Shown here: in pieces, positions 1 to 9,167 of the stretch
Layout: each line of letters begins with the position of its first letter
How positions within the stretch are numbered: the first letter of the stretch is position 1
Source: Elainellaceae cyanobacterium
GTDB taxonomy: Bacteria; Cyanobacteriota; Cyanobacteriia; CAZCXK01
NCBI GenBank assembly: GCA_051117555.1
Contig: JBNPEG010000136.1
Coordinates: forward strand, 9,663-22,391
Length of the DNA: 12,729 nt
Reading direction: 5' to 3'
Program-made: the position numbers and the translations under genes
The notes under the pieces: generated by a model
Seen by the model: the letters and a program-made list of their open reading frames with translations, nothing else
Databases searched by the model: none
Told to the model about the DNA's origin: nothing

Positions 1-17
1 CCTGATTCTGAATCATT

Positions 18-1955
18 GTGAAAATTCTGCTGATTGAAGATGACGCGCTAATTTGTGAACTGCTGGTCGAAACTCTTAGCACTCAGCATTATGCTGTTGA
101 CGTTGCGGATGACGGCGAATTGGGAGTTGAATTAGCTCAATCGTATAACTACGATTTAATTCTGCTGGATGTATTACTTCCAAAGCTAGATGGCATTACA
201 ATTTGTCGCCAGCTTCGCTCAAAAGGCTATCAGCAGCCGATCATTCTCTTGACAGTCAAAGACTCTAGCACAGACATCATTGCAGGCTTGGATGCTGGAG
301 CAGACGAATATGTGTCGAAGCCTTGCTCTCCCTATGAGCTAATGGCTCGTATTCGGGCGCTCTTACGCCGAACGGGTACTCCCGCTGTTTCTCCTGCACT
401 CACCTGGGGAGACTTGACGCTTGATCCGGCCTCAACCCAAGTCACCTATGCCGGAGAAGAGTTGGTGTTAACACCCAAAGAATATAGTCTGCTAGAGCTA
501 TTTTTACGCAATCCCCAGCGAGTATTTAGTCGGACGATTATCATCGATCATCTGTGGTCGATGGACAATTTTCCGACGGAGGGAGCCGTCACCAATTTGA
601 TTAAAGACTTGCGCCGCAGGCTAAAAGCAGCCGGCATAACCACTGAATTTATTGAAACCATTTATGGGCTTGGATATCGCCTCAACTCACCCCCCAATCC
701 CGCATCAGATCAGGACGAATCTGAATACGAGGCGTCTGGTCAAGCTCATTCAAATCAGGCAAATGACGTTACCGATGCCTTGCCAGGGCTGAGTTCGGAT
801 GTTTCTCCCGACCCGACCCAGAAAATTGCGGCTGTCCAGGCAGTTTTAGATCGGTTTCGTAATACGTTTACCGATCAAATCGCTACGATAGAGCAAGCTA
901 TTGAGGCTCAGGAGGCCCAGCAGTTAGAGGATGACATCTGGCAACAAGCACGACGGGATGCCCATAAATTGGCAGGCGGACTGGGAACGTTTGGATGGGA
1001 ACACGGGTCTCAGCTTGCGCGGCAAATGGAATATTTGTTAGACACGTCGTTACCAATCGCCCCTTCAAATGTGGCAGCTTTGGTCAGGCTGGTTGATCGG
1101 CTCAAGCAGGAAATATTAAAACCGCCTGTGATGCTCGCTAGCGTTCCGATGCCAATCGCCCAACTGCCTCACGTGTTGGTGATTGATGATGATCAGGCGT
1201 TGACTGACAAGCTTAGCCTCGATGCCCCTATGTGGGGAGTGCGGATTGACATCGCAACTAATCCAGCGATCGCCCGTCAGATGCTCCCTCAGATTTCGCC
1301 CGACGTTATCTTATTAGACTTAACCTTTCCCGATGCCACCGAGGATGGGCTGATGTTGTTCAAAACTTTGACCGAGGACTATCCTGATGTGCCCATTCTG
1401 GCGTTTACCGGGCGTGACAGCTTAGCGGATCGAGTGGCTGTGTCGCGCTTGGGTGGACGAGGGTTTTTGCATAAGCCCGTTTCTCCTGCGGCAGTCTTCG
1501 AAGCAATCGCTCAGGCGCTATATCAGCCTAACCCCACGCACGCCAATGTGATGGTCGTGGATGACAGTCCACTGGTGCTGATAGAGGTCGGTAATTTGCT
1601 GCGTCCGTGGGGAATGCAGGTCAAACCCTTGCAAGATCCGACTCAGTTTTGGGACGTATTGATTACGTTTCAACCCCACTTGCTGATCCTTGATATTGAG
1701 ATGCCGACCTTTAGCGGTATTGATTTGTGTCGAGTGGTGCGTCAAGATTCGCGATGGGGCGACTTACCGATTCTAATCATTACCGCCCATACCGAGGCAG
1801 AATCCATTCGACGAGTATTTGCCGCAGGGGCAGACGACTTTATTGCTAAGCCGATTTTAGGTCCAGAATTAGTGACACGAGTCATCAGTCGTGTCGAACG
1901 GGTGCGATCGCAGCAAACCAGATTTTTAAACCGCCGAATGCCTCCGACATCTTGA
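18..1955 (+). CDS. Multi-domain OmpR/PhoB-family response regulator, RcaC-like architecture (REC - winged helix - Hpt - REC - REC)
   Basis: GTG start, 645 aa. N-terminal receiver (MKILLIEDD, DLILLD51, SKP). wHTH motifs LTPKEYSLLELFLRNPQRVFSR and IETIYGLGYRL. Hpt motif AHKLAGGLGTFG (His316). Two further receivers (VLVIDDD..DVILLD..FLHKP and VMVVDDS..LLILDIEMP..FIAKP). No GGDEF tail. Confidence 0.93.
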   Translation: MKILLIEDDALICELLVETLSTQHYAVDVADDGELGVELAQSYNYDLILLDVLLPKLDGITICRQLRSKGYQQPIILLTVKDSSTDIIAGLDAGADEYVSKPCSPYELMARIRALLRRTGTPAVSPALTWGDLTLDPASTQVTYAGEELVLTPKEYSLLELFLRNPQRVFSRTIIIDHLWSMDNFPTEGAVTNLIKDLRRRLKAAGITTEFIETIYGLGYRLNSPPNPASDQDESEYEASGQAHSNQANDVTDALPGLSSDVSPDPTQKIAAVQAVLDRFRNTFTDQIATIEQAIEAQEAQQLEDDIWQQARRDAHKLAGGLGTFGWEHGSQLARQMEYLLDTSLPIAPSNVAALVRLVDRLKQEILKPPVMLASVPMPIAQLPHVLVIDDDQALTDKLSLDAPMWGVRIDIATNPAIARQMLPQISPDVILLDLTFPDATEDGLMLFKTLTEDYPDVPILAFTGRDSLADRVAVSRLGGRGFLHKPVSPAAVFEAIAQALYQPNPTHANVMVVDDSPLVLIEVGNLLRPWGMQVKPLQDPTQFWDVLITFQPHLLILDIEMPTFSGIDLCRVVRQDSRWGDLPILIITAHTEAESIRRVFAAGADDFIAKPILGPELVTRVISRVERVRSQQTRFLNRRMPPTS

Positions 1956-1968
1956 AGCAACTAAGTCT

Positions 1969-4900
1969 ATGAACAGGTCGCCAGTCGAAGCATCTCAGTG
2001 TAGTCCCTTGACTGTTCTTAACCATCGTCGCGTCAGAGAGGTGATGCTCTCATCAGTTGCTAACGTTTCTATCACAACGTCTGTGCTTGATGTCGCATAT
2101 TGCTTGTCAGAGCAGCAAGGGCAATGCGTTGTGATTATGGATGGGGAGCATCCGTTAGGTATTATTACCACCGCTGATATCAATCAGTATCAAGGTCTGA
2201 ACCTCGATTTGAGCCAGATCCGGGCGGATGAGGTGATGAATACTCCCCCATATACGGTCTGCCCAGACGATTCGTTAGGAGTTGTGCATCAGCGAATGCG
2301 GCAACTGCGATCGCCATGCCTGTTAGTGATAGAGTCTGGATTGCTAGCCGGTGTTGTGACCCGCGACTCGATTTTAGGACTACTCGACCCGGTTGAGCTG
2401 TATGACGCCCTAGACCAACTAGAGCAAACGGTTGCTGAACGCACTGTCAAATTAGAGCAGGAAATCCGCGATCGCCAACAGGTGATGCAAACTCTGAGCG
2501 AATCTCAAACCCAACTCAGCACGATTCTCAAGAGTATTGCAGCCTCGGTCAGCCAAATTCGAGTCTTCCCCGATCGCACCACCGAACCCCTTTATTTTTC
2601 GCCAAGCTGTGAACATATCTTCGGCTATTCGCCTGATGAATTTCAGAGCGATCGGGGCTTGTGGCTGGCTAGACTATTGCCCGGTGATCAAACAACCCTC
2701 CCAGAACAAATGTTTGAGGCGATCGCCACTCAACAGTCGACCCCGATTGACTATCAGTTTCGCCACAAAGACGGCTCCATTCGCTGGCTCTCCGCCACCA
2801 TCACCTCAGACTGGGATGACAACAGCCAGTCATGGATTGCGACGGAAGTTGCCACTGATATTACTGCCCGGAAGCACCGTGAGGCCGAACAGCAGCAGAT
2901 TGAAGAAATACTCCGAAGCCATGAAGCGCTCTTGCAGTCTGTCACTAACACGATTGCAGGCGGACTCTACATTTTTGATCTCCAAGAGCGTCGCCCAGTA
3001 TATGAAAACACCATAGCGCAACGGTTATTGGGCTACACCCAGGACGAAATCAACGCGATAGGAATGGATTTTCTCACCCAGGTGATGCACCCTGATGATC
3101 AAGTCCAGTTTGTTGCCCACATAGAGCGAATTGCGATCGCCCCAAATGACGAAACGCTGATTTTTGAATATCGCATGCGCTGCAAAGACGGCACCTATAA
3201 ATGGTTTCAAAGCGCCGATCGCATCTTCAAGCGCCTAGATGATGGCACCCCGTCCCAAATCGTCGGGCTGACCCTCGATACCACCGAACGAAAGCAATTT
3301 GAGCAATACAATCAGTTTCAGGCCTACCTACTCTCTCAGGTGAATGATGCCATCGTCGCGATCGATACTCAATTTCGCGTCACCTACTGGAGCCAATCGG
3401 CTGAGCAGATGTATGGCATCTCATCTGAACAGGCAATAGGCCAGCCACTATCAGACTGTTACGAATTTCTTTGGCTGACTCCAGATGATGAACGCCGTGC
3501 CTACCAGGCGCTAGATACGGATGGATGGTGGAAGGGAGAAACCATTCACCGCAAACGCAACGGCGAGGAATATTTCGTAGATTCGTCAGTCAGCGTGATG
3601 CGAGATGAACGGGGCGATCGCCTCGGCCTGGTTGCCGTGATTCGCGATGTCAGCGATCGCAAGCAGACGAATGAGATTCTCAGACTCAGCGAAGAGCGAT
3701 TTAGAACCCTAGTTGATAATATTCCGGGGGCAGTTTATCGATGCTTAGATCTTGGCAATTGGCGAGGCATGTACATCAGCGAGGCGATCGCCGATATTGC
3801 AGGCTATACAGCATCAAGCTTTATTCAAGAGAATCGGTGTTTTGCAGATATTGTTTACCCCGATGATGTCGAAGACCTTCGACAAAAGACTAATGCAGCC
3901 GTGAATACTCGTCAATCGTTTGATTTTGAGTATCGGCTCATTCATGCAGACGGCAGTATCCGCTGGGTCAATGAGCGAGGACGAGGTATCTTTCAAGAGG
4001 ATCAACTGCTGTGGATTGATGGGGTAATCGTAGACATCACCGAGCGCAAACATATCGAACTTTCCCTCCAAAATCTAGTTGCAGGAACAGCGAGCGCCAC
4101 GGGTGAAGCATTTTTCCCTGCCTTAGCTCGTCATATGTCATTAGCACTTGATGTCGACCACGTCATGATTGCAGAATTCGTGGGTGAAGACCTGCAAACT
4201 CTTGCCGCATGGTCAAATCATCAGCTTCAACCTAACTACACGTATTCTCCAGCGGGCACTCCCTGCCAAGTCGTTTTATCGCAAGGATACTATTATCAAC
4301 CCGATCGGGTCGCCCAGCAGTTTCCTGATAGTCAATTTTTAGTGGAAATGCAGGCTGAGAGCTATCTAGGAGTGGCATTGCAAAACGCAGACGGAGCAAC
4401 CATCGGGCTACTTTGCGTCTTGACCAATCATCCCCTCCGCTCAAGCCATCAATATGAAGATATTTTGCGCATCTTCGCGGCACGCGCTGCCACTGAGCTT
4501 GAACGACAGCACGCTAGAGAAGCCCTGCAAGTCTCAGAAGAATCCTATCGCTTGCTGTTTGAGAATAATCCAAATCCGATGTGGATTTATGACGTTGAGA
4601 CATTTTCGTTCTTAGCGGTCAACACGGCTGCCACGCAACATTATGGATACTCTAAGTCAGAATTTTTGTCGATGACGATTGACGAAATTCGCCCCCCACA
4701 GGATATTTCCCAGCTCAGATCCTATATTAATCAACATCCGTTTTTAGTCCGATCTAGCGAATGGAGACATCGCAAAAAAGACGGCACTCTAATTGATGTT
4801 GAAATCACCAGTCACCGGATTGTGTGGCATGGCAAACCGGCTCAGTTTGTCTTAGCGAAAGATATTACCGAGCGCAAGCGTGCTGAAGAAGCGTTGCGCC

Positions 4901-7107
4901 TCAATGAGATTCGTCTGCAACAGTTGGCGATTCATATCCCTGCGGTTCTTTATACCGTCGTTCGTCGGGTCGATGGCTCGATTCAGTTTGAATATGTGAG
5001 CTCAGCCGCTCGCCAAGTGCACGAACTTGAGCCAGCGCAGATTTTGGCAGACGCAACGATCCTGCATCATCAGTTTTATCCCGATGATTGGGATCAGTTT
5101 GTTGAAGCCTCTCATCAAAGCAGTCAAACCCTAGACGCATTTCGGCATGAATGGCGCATTGTTACTCCATCGGGGGCGCTCAAATGGTTGCAGGCATATT
5201 CTCAACCCGAACGACGAGCCAATGGAGATATCGTATGGCATGGGGTTGCGATTGATGTGAGCGATCGCAAGCAGGCTGAAGCCGCCATTAAAGCATCCGA
5301 GGCCAAAAATCGCGCCTTTCTCGCCGCTATCCCCGATTTAATTTCCCACATCAGCCACGACGGCACCTATATCGAACTGATCAGCCCCAATTATGAGCTT
5401 GATATTCTTGCAGAATCTGTAGAGCGAATTGGTCAATCGATTACCACGCTGATTCCAGAAGACATGTCGAGGCGGCAACTTCAGGCTGTTCAACAGGCGA
5501 TCGCCACGGGAGCGGTTCAGATCTATGAACAGCAGCTTTGGAAGGGCAGTCATACTCAATATGAAGAAGTGCGCGTATCCCCCTGCGATCATCAGTCTGC
5601 CATCATTATGGTTCGTGATATCACCGATCGGCGACTGGCAGAGGATGCCCTCCGCGATAGCGAGAAACGGTTTCGGGAGATTGCCAATACGGTCAGCCAG
5701 CTTTTCTTCGTGCGGTCTGCTGTCACTAGAGAAATTTTATATGCCAGCCCAGCATACGAAAAGATCTGGGGACGACCTCGCACCGATCTCTATCATGACC
5801 CCGATGCGTGGATTGCGTCAGTACATCCAGATGACCACGCTCAGGTTTGGGCATTCGTTGAGCAAATCCCGTTCCAAGATCATTCAGCGCAGATAGACTA
5901 TCGAATCATTCGTTCTGATGGGGCAATTCGCTGGGTTAAAGCTGAGGTCACTCTAGTTTGTGATGAAGCAGGCAACCCCGCCCGATATATTGGTCTGGTC
6001 GAAGACGTGACTGACTTGAAGCAGGCCGAAGAATCGCTCCGAGATAGTGAGGAGAGGTTTCGTCGAGCATTTGAAGACGCAGCAACCGGCATCATTCTGC
6101 TCGCCTCTGATGGACAGCATATTCTTCGAGTGAACCGGGCATTCTGCGAGATGTTGGGATATGCGGAATCAGAACTCCTATCCCTCACCATTCGAGACAT
6201 GACGTATCCGGATGATTTAGACGGCTGCACGAGAGCCATTCAGCAACTCCTTGCAGATGAAATCCGCACCTATCAAGCCGAGAAACGCTGCTTCCATAAG
6301 CATGGGCATCTTATCTGGGTTATGGCGAGTGTTTCATTGGTGCGCGATCGCCACGGTGTTCCGCTCTATTTTGTGGCTCAGATTCAAGACATCAGCGATC
6401 GCAAAGCCGTCGATCAGATGAAAACCGAGTTTATCTCTGTCGTGAGTCATGAACTGCGAACGCCGCTTACGGCCATTCAAGGATCGCTAGGGCTATTGAA
6501 TACCGGCATCTATGATCAGGTGCCGGACAAAGCAAAGCGCATGATTGAAATCGCGGCTATTGATTGCGATCGCCTCGTACGCTTGGTCAACGATATTCTC
6601 GATTTGGAGCGATTAGAATCAGGACGAATGCCGATTGAGCACGAAATCTGTGAGGTAGAACCGCTGATGCATCAGTCGGTAGACGGTATCCGGGCGATCG
6701 CCAATGACGCTAACATCTTAATAGAGGTGGACTCCATTGATGCTCATATTTGGGCAAATCCCGATGCCATCATCCAAATCTTAACCAACCTACTCAGCAA
6801 TGCGATTAAGTTTTCTCCGCCTCATTCAACGGTCACGGTTTCAGCAACCGTGCAAGCGGAGATGGTGCAATTTTGCGTTGCAGATTTTGGACGGGGTATT
6901 CCTGCTGATAAACTGCCCCATATCTTCGAACGGTTTCAGCAAGTTGACGCATCTGATTCTCGTCAGCGAGGCGGAACAGGCTTGGGGCTTGCGATCTGCA
7001 GGAGCATCCTAGATCGACAGGGTGGAAAGATTTGGGCAGAAAGCAGGTTAGGACAAGGAAGCCGTTTCTTTTTTACAGTGCCAGTAGCACACTCTCAGCA
7101 GGTATGA
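1969..7107 (+). CDS. Large soluble multi-sensor histidine kinase (CBS pair, 4 PAS/PAC, GAF, 5 PAS/PAC, HisKA, HATPase_c)
   Basis: 1712 aa. CBS motifs (VREVM, GIITTAD, ADEVM, GVVTRDS). Nine PAC ends of the D(I/V/T)(T/S)xxK/R type (DITARK, DTTERK, DVSDRK, DITERK, DITERK, DVSDRK, DITDRR, DVTDLK, DISDRK). GAF with GTPC and YLGVAL..IGLLCV..FAARAATELER. H-box SHELRTPL (His1494), N-box NLLSNAIKF, G-boxes DFGRGI and GGTGLGL. No evident TM helix. Confidence 0.95.
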   Translation: MNRSPVEASQCSPLTVLNHRRVREVMLSSVANVSITTSVLDVAYCLSEQQGQCVVIMDGEHPLGIITTADINQYQGLNLDLSQIRADEVMNTPPYTVCPDDSLGVVHQRMRQLRSPCLLVIESGLLAGVVTRDSILGLLDPVELYDALDQLEQTVAERTVKLEQEIRDRQQVMQTLSESQTQLSTILKSIAASVSQIRVFPDRTTEPLYFSPSCEHIFGYSPDEFQSDRGLWLARLLPGDQTTLPEQMFEAIATQQSTPIDYQFRHKDGSIRWLSATITSDWDDNSQSWIATEVATDITARKHREAEQQQIEEILRSHEALLQSVTNTIAGGLYIFDLQERRPVYENTIAQRLLGYTQDEINAIGMDFLTQVMHPDDQVQFVAHIERIAIAPNDETLIFEYRMRCKDGTYKWFQSADRIFKRLDDGTPSQIVGLTLDTTERKQFEQYNQFQAYLLSQVNDAIVAIDTQFRVTYWSQSAEQMYGISSEQAIGQPLSDCYEFLWLTPDDERRAYQALDTDGWWKGETIHRKRNGEEYFVDSSVSVMRDERGDRLGLVAVIRDVSDRKQTNEILRLSEERFRTLVDNIPGAVYRCLDLGNWRGMYISEAIADIAGYTASSFIQENRCFADIVYPDDVEDLRQKTNAAVNTRQSFDFEYRLIHADGSIRWVNERGRGIFQEDQLLWIDGVIVDITERKHIELSLQNLVAGTASATGEAFFPALARHMSLALDVDHVMIAEFVGEDLQTLAAWSNHQLQPNYTYSPAGTPCQVVLSQGYYYQPDRVAQQFPDSQFLVEMQAESYLGVALQNADGATIGLLCVLTNHPLRSSHQYEDILRIFAARAATELERQHAREALQVSEESYRLLFENNPNPMWIYDVETFSFLAVNTAATQHYGYSKSEFLSMTIDEIRPPQDISQLRSYINQHPFLVRSSEWRHRKKDGTLIDVEITSHRIVWHGKPAQFVLAKDITERKRAEEALRLNEIRLQQLAIHIPAVLYTVVRRVDGSIQFEYVSSAARQVHELEPAQILADATILHHQFYPDDWDQFVEASHQSSQTLDAFRHEWRIVTPSGALKWLQAYSQPERRANGDIVWHGVAIDVSDRKQAEAAIKASEAKNRAFLAAIPDLISHISHDGTYIELISPNYELDILAESVERIGQSITTLIPEDMSRRQLQAVQQAIATGAVQIYEQQLWKGSHTQYEEVRVSPCDHQSAIIMVRDITDRRLAEDALRDSEKRFREIANTVSQLFFVRSAVTREILYASPAYEKIWGRPRTDLYHDPDAWIASVHPDDHAQVWAFVEQIPFQDHSAQIDYRIIRSDGAIRWVKAEVTLVCDEAGNPARYIGLVEDVTDLKQAEESLRDSEERFRRAFEDAATGIILLASDGQHILRVNRAFCEMLGYAESELLSLTIRDMTYPDDLDGCTRAIQQLLADEIRTYQAEKRCFHKHGHLIWVMASVSLVRDRHGVPLYFVAQIQDISDRKAVDQMKTEFISVVSHELRTPLTAIQGSLGLLNTGIYDQVPDKAKRMIEIAAIDCDRLVRLVNDILDLERLESGRMPIEHEICEVEPLMHQSVDGIRAIANDANILIEVDSIDAHIWANPDAIIQILTNLLSNAIKFSPPHSTVTVSATVQAEMVQFCVADFGRGIPADKLPHIFERFQQVDASDSRQRGGTGLGLAICRSILDRQGGKIWAESRLGQGSRFFFTVPVAHSQQV

Positions 7108-7496
7108 CACTAAACCAAACGCCAAACCGACGCATTTTGATTGTTGACGATGAGGAGCGAATTCGAGAAGTAGTTCGAGCCTGTCTTGAAGACTTGGGTG
7201 GATGGAAAACCCTAAGGGCAGCGTCTGGACACGACGGATTGCTCAAGGTCGAAACCGAAGAAATTGATGCGATCCTACTGGATGTGTCGATGCCTGACAT
7301 GGATGGGCTTCAATTTTTTGAGCAGCTCAGAAAACAGTTTGATACTCGACCCATTCCCGTTATTTTGCTGACCGCTAAGATGCTACCGAGCGATCGCACT
7401 CGCTTGTTTGAAATGGGCGTTGCAGGAATTATCGCCAAGCCCTTTAATCCGATTTTGTTGCACGATCAAATTGTCGCAATCTTAGGTTGGAATTAA
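7104..7496 (+). CDS. Single-domain CheY-like response regulator (RcaF-like), 130 aa
   Basis: RILIVDDE..DAILLDVSMPDMDG..ILLTAK..IAKPF. Start reassigned from 7032 to ATG 7104, which overlaps the kinase stop as ATGA (translational coupling) and removes a 24-aa extension with no receiver features. Confidence 0.92.
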   Translation: MTLNQTPNRRILIVDDEERIREVVRACLEDLGGWKTLRAASGHDGLLKVETEEIDAILLDVSMPDMDGLQFFEQLRKQFDTRPIPVILLTAKMLPSDRTRLFEMGVAGIIAKPFNPILLHDQIVAILGWN

Positions 7497-7552
7497 CGTC
7501 TGTGCAGCCAGATTCCTGAACCATTTGCACAGAATGCCCATATTTTTGGGGC

Positions 7553-7618
7553 AGATTCCCGGCTTCTGCGTTGAAATTATGATCGTTCCCAAAAAGCTCG
7601 TGAAGAAGCCGGGGATCT
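7553..7618. repeat. Short inverted-repeat element (REP-like dispersed repeat or 3' stem-loop)
   Basis: AGATTCCCGGCTTCT (7553-7567) pairs with AGAAGCCGGGGATCT (7604-7618): 14/15 Watson-Crick plus one T-G wobble, with a 36-nt spacer. It lies about 55 nt downstream of the operon's last stop. Confidence 0.7.
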
Positions 7619-7708
7619 AAACCGCTCCATTTTGTGAATCGGCAACGCCCCGGTCAACTTTGCCTATCAACCTTATAGGTTTCTTATCTTCTTGTTCTAA
7701 ATTCGAAA

Positions 7709-7737
7709 GTGAGATTTGATATTGAGCCAAATCTCAC
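7709..7737. promoter_or_regulatory. Perfect inverted repeat, candidate operator upstream of the AAA_35 gene
   Basis: GTGAGATTTG-N9-CAAATCTCAC with perfect 10-bp arms, about 150 bp upstream of ATG 7884. Confidence 0.4.
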
Positions 7738-7883
7738 GCGCAGCGCTATTCTGTTGACTCGGCAGACATAATTTTTTGCGGAGCGATTATTTTGTTGCGC
7801 TTATTAAAGTCTGACTAGAGAGTTTATGTCAATAGCTGCACGCCATTTGTCATTTTGCAGTGACTCGGTTGAGGTTGTCGTCT

Positions 7884-9128
7884 ATGAGTTTTCATCAGTT
7901 TCAGGTAGGAGGAAGCTTATATGCCGATGCACCCACCTATGTCGCGAGGCAAGCCGATACCGATGTGTATGATGCCCTAGTTGCTGGAAAACTTTGCTGT
8001 GTCTTTAGCCCACGACAAACCGGAAAGTCATCATTAATTGTTCGTACTAATCATCGCCTTCAAAGCAATGGCACTCGCTGCGCTTCTATCGATTTAACTC
8101 GCATTGGCAGCCGTCATTCGACTCCCGAACAATGGTATCAGGGCATTATTTTTGAGCTGTGGCGAGCCTTCCAACTCCATACCACCCTAGATTTGAAGGC
8201 GTGGTGGCGTAACGTTGACGGGTTCTTGCCCGCGCAAAAGCTGCACGCATTTATTGAGCAAATTCTTTTGGTTCAGTTCCCCCACGAAAATATTGTTGTT
8301 TTTATTGATGAACTCGACAGTCTTCTCAATCTAAACATTCCCATTGACGATTTCTTTAACACCATTCGATCGTGCTACTACCGACGGGCACTCAACCCCA
8401 GCTACAAGCGACTCACCTTTGCCTTGTTTGGAGTCGAGCCTCCCGTGTCGATGTTTGACAGTCAGTTTCACCACCCCTTTGCGATCGGTCGCACGATTCA
8501 CCTATCGGGATTTAACTCGGTTGAAGTTCACCCTCTGGTAGTCGAGCTAGCCCGATATTTCCGCTGTCCAGAGGCGATGATGTATCGCATCTTGCACTGG
8601 ACTGGAGGGCAACCCTTTTTGACTCAAAAGCTCTGTCAGCTTGTCGTCGAATCGGTTGCTCACGTCACCGATATCAGACTTTCTAAGAATTACAGTGCTT
8701 CGCCCTCTCAAGAGTTATCTAACACATTACACCGTGATTCTCTCGTCCACTCTCTCCATCATCAAACCAAAGCCCATCATATTGCGATGGCAAGCTATAT
8801 CATCGATGAATTGGTGCACACTTGCATCTTCAATCAGTTGAAATGCCAAGATATTCCAGAGCATCTCAGTGCCATTCACAATCGCATTCTAAGCTGGGGC
8901 AAGGCTAGCCAATCCATTTTGCGCCTCTATCAGCGGCTATTACAAAACGAGAAAGTCTTAGCAGACAATAGCCGAGAACATCGTGAATTATACTTCTCTG
9001 GGCTTGTTGTTGAAGACAGCCACGGAATGCTCATCATTCACAATCGAATCTACCGACACATCTTTGATTTGAATTGGGTCACGTCTCAACGTAAGGGCGA
9101 TCGCGCTCAATATGCTGTCGGAGTTTAA
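7884..9128 (+). CDS. AAA-like (AAA_35-type, STAND-like) P-loop ATPase domain protein with no fused effector or sensor domain
   Basis: Family-typical N-terminus FQVGGSL..DAPTYVARQAD. Walker A SPRQTGKSS, Walker B VVFIDELD, WTGGQPFLTQKLC, and terminal NRIYRHIFDLNWV. ATG 7884, preceded by GAGG at 7871-7874, is preferred over GTG 7860. Confidence 0.85.
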   Translation: MSFHQFQVGGSLYADAPTYVARQADTDVYDALVAGKLCCVFSPRQTGKSSLIVRTNHRLQSNGTRCASIDLTRIGSRHSTPEQWYQGIIFELWRAFQLHTTLDLKAWWRNVDGFLPAQKLHAFIEQILLVQFPHENIVVFIDELDSLLNLNIPIDDFFNTIRSCYYRRALNPSYKRLTFALFGVEPPVSMFDSQFHHPFAIGRTIHLSGFNSVEVHPLVVELARYFRCPEAMMYRILHWTGGQPFLTQKLCQLVVESVAHVTDIRLSKNYSASPSQELSNTLHRDSLVHSLHHQTKAHHIAMASYIIDELVHTCIFNQLKCQDIPEHLSAIHNRILSWGKASQSILRLYQRLLQNEKVLADNSREHRELYFSGLVVEDSHGMLIIHNRIYRHIFDLNWVTSQRKGDRAQYAVGV

Positions 9129-9167
9129 TCTCCCCTGGTTTAGCGAATTTAACCACAACCACCGCCG

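Noticed and set aside
4060..4510. GAF domain as a phytochrome/cyanobacteriochrome, which would make the genes true rcaE/rcaF/rcaC
   Set aside because: It lacks the bilin-binding DxCF/DIP and CH motifs. The architecture is only analogous, so no gene symbols were assigned.
7032..7103. Longer N-terminus for the CheY-like ORF (154 aa)
   Set aside because: It overlaps the kinase C-terminus by about 75 nt and has no receiver features. The ATGA overlap at 7104 is the more plausible start.
7398..9096. HIP1-free stretch as evidence of horizontal acquisition of the AAA_35 gene
   Set aside because: Similar gaps occur inside clearly native genes (3792-5260 and 18-1265), so the gap is not distinctive.
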